DNA of 60,090 nt, from IMG/VR virus record IMGVR_UViG_3300002053_000022, positions 1 to 60,090 of that record. One strand, written 5' to 3'. Below are positions 58,451-60,090 of the stretch, in pieces. This DNA is from a virus. Taxonomy: Duplodnaviria; Caudoviricetes. The position numbers were made by a program, and so were the translations under genes. Position 1 is the stretch's first letter; each line of letters opens with the position of its first letter. Under the pieces are notes generated by a model. That model was not told where the DNA came from, did not search any database, and saw nothing but the letters and a program-made list of their open reading frames with translations.

Positions 58451-58853
58451 CTTTAAAACTCCTTGATTTCATCCATTTTTCTTTTGCGGACTCAAATTCT
58501 TCTGGATTAGATCCTATGGCTTGCATTATAAGTTTAGCTTTTATCTCAAGTTTTTTCTTCTCAACCTCTTGAGCTATCTCTCCTCCAGTCATCTTCCAAA
58601 TATCGGCTCGGAGTAATCTGGCCTCACGAAGCCATTTTAATAATTGAGGATGAATGTGTGTTCTTTGTCCAACAAGATTACCTTCATCGTCTTTAAGGTC
58701 TTCGATTCTGGTATCACCGAGCAATTTGTCCACGATGTCCATGACTAGATCGTACCCATGACTCATCTCTGTTGCGACATCAATAGCAAGGGTTCGCTCA
58801 CCATCGAGCAGTACCATCGGATGTTTTTCTTGGTCTTTTACAATTTCATCCAT
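58437..58853 (-). CDS. Putative terminase small subunit
   Basis: Directly upstream of and overlapping terL; HP...helical pattern. Confidence 0.55.
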   Translation of the reverse strand: MDEIVKDQEKHPMVLLDGERTLAIDVATEMSHGYDLVMDIVDKLLGDTRIEDLKDDEGNLVGQRTHIHPQLLKWLREARLLRADIWKMTGGEIAQEVEKKKLEIKAKLIMQAIGSNPEEFESAKEKWMKSRSFKDDGK

Positions 58854-58873
58854 ATCTATTGTAAAATATGTTC

Positions 58874-58889
58874 TTATCCTTTATAAATA
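58874..58889 (-). promoter_or_regulatory. Putative late promoter TATTTATAAAGGATAA
   Basis: TATA box about 27 nt before the terS ATG, consistent with a leaderless transcript; duplicated at 53571. Confidence 0.7.
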
Positions 58890-58921
58890 AATAGTTTATT
58901 GTTTTTAAAAACATGAAAATA

Positions 58922-59109
58922 AACATTGTTCAGAATTTTCTGGGAAAATTAAACATTATGCTAAAAAAAGCATTCTTTTTGCAAAAACGATCATCGTTTT
59001 GAACACTTTTGCAATGTTGCTGATCAAATGTTGAACATTGTTCATAGTTTTTGATCTAAAAGTGAAAAGTTTTCAAACATATAGTCGATTACGAGCTAAA
59101 CATTGTTCA
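58922..59109. repeat. Three copies of AACATTGTTCA
   Basis: At 58922, 59034 and 59099; the middle copy lies in palindrome TGAACA-T-TGTTCA. Confidence 0.8.
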
Positions 59110-59197
59110 ACTGATCGTCCCAAATATTAAGAGGCGATGAGTAGAGAATTAGTTAATTATTTTTAAAAGGAACGGATGCTTTTCAAATTGATTGAAC

Positions 59198-59218
59198 CCC
59201 CATTATAATATAATGGGG
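59198..59218. repeat. Perfect inverted repeat CCCCATTATA-A-TATAATGGGG
   Basis: 10-bp arms with a 1-nt spacer. Confidence 0.85.
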
Positions 59219-59405
59219 TTTTGACAAATTTAAAATTAATTTCAAATATCTAAAAATAATAAATTGTAAAATTTTTGTGTGGAGATAGAGCAGATCCCGT
59301 TGAAATGATCAAATAAAAAAAAAGAATTATTATTTTCAGAAATTTAGTTATTAAAAAAAAAAAAAGAATTTAGAATTTCGATCATTTTGATCAATCTTGA
59401 TCATT

Positions 59406-59843
59406 CTATTTCAATAATTCAGCAGCTAATTGAGGTTTTTCGACAACGAATTTGCGAAATTTGAACTTGATCTTTGCGTTTTCGCTAATCAATTGATCTT
59501 TTTTGATCGTTTTGAGTATTTCCGCGTATTTCGCGTCGAATTCCGAGTGAATTCTATATCGTAATTGATCAATTTTATAATTTTGAATCAATTTATTGCC
59601 GATCTTAGTAATTCCCGCGATCAAAAGCGATCCTAGTAATTCTGAATCTGATACTAGATCCGCTTGTTTTCGATCAAAATATTCGGAAATATCATTTTTC
59701 TTAGCGAATTCGATCAATTTAGCTACTGAAATTGATAAATAGAATACATCAGAAGCGAAATCTGATTCAAGAATTTGATCATTTTGATCATTTTCCGTAT
59801 CCTTATTATTATTTTCGACCATTTTTTTATCAATTCCGTACAT
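59406..59843 (-). CDS. Hypothetical protein in the GATC-rich segment
   Basis: 145-aa ORF with atypical composition. Confidence 0.5.
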   Translation of the reverse strand: MYGIDKKMVENNNKDTENDQNDQILESDFASDVFYLSISVAKLIEFAKKNDISEYFDRKQADLVSDSELLGSLLIAGITKIGNKLIQNYKIDQLRYRIHSEFDAKYAEILKTIKKDQLISENAKIKFKFRKFVVEKPQLAAELLK

Positions 59844-60090
59844 TTTTTTTTAGATTTTTGAGCGCTGAATGATCATTTTCGATCACAGTATCAATAAAAT
59901 CATAGTAGGCGCTCTGTACTATATATAGAGACAAGGTTTATAAATTTTGCCAGATCTTTAAGAGTATGATTAGTATGATACAAGGCTGATCGACCTTGTG
60001 GTCTTAAAAATTGCACTCGCTTTATTGCGCCCGAGCTAAGCACTCCCTCCAGATCACTCCAGATCTCGATCATAGTATGTTCAATCTTGT

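Noticed and set aside
59950-60090. tRNA or structured RNA in the GC-richer end
   Set aside because: No cloverleaf or T-loop consensus; only short tandem repeats.
58900-60090. Provirus attachment site
   Set aside because: No integrase, tRNA target or recognisable host gene in the window; cannot be supported here.

Overview
About 60 kb of an AT-rich head-tail virus genome with a contractile tail (myovirus-like Caudoviricetes); both ends run off the window. The host is most likely an archaeon: genes use GGTGA-type ribosome-binding sites and TTTATAWA TATA boxes, and the replisome is archaeal-type (PolB, PCNA-like clamp, RFC, AEP primase, ERCC4 nuclease). The + strand (1-30.7 kb) carries a few virion-like genes and then a tightly coupled block for replication, nucleotide metabolism and modification. 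The - strand (31-58.9 kb) is a complete morphogenesis block running from terminase through portal, capsid, sheath, baseplate and fibres to a putative lysis pair. Most notable: (i) PolB is split just before Exo III by about 1.75 kb of seven small ORFs and has non-canonical catalytic motifs; (ii) a candidate sulfation/glycosylation/methylation system (APS kinase, sulfotransferase, FkbM methyltransferase, two GT4s, NDT-like hydrolase, radical-SAM-like protein, two adenine MTases) is interleaved with replication genes; (iii) direct repeats at gene junctions flank accessory cassettes; (iv) the right end is a dense GATC island, while GGWCC appears to be avoided across the window. All calls come from motif reading by eye; no database searches were run.
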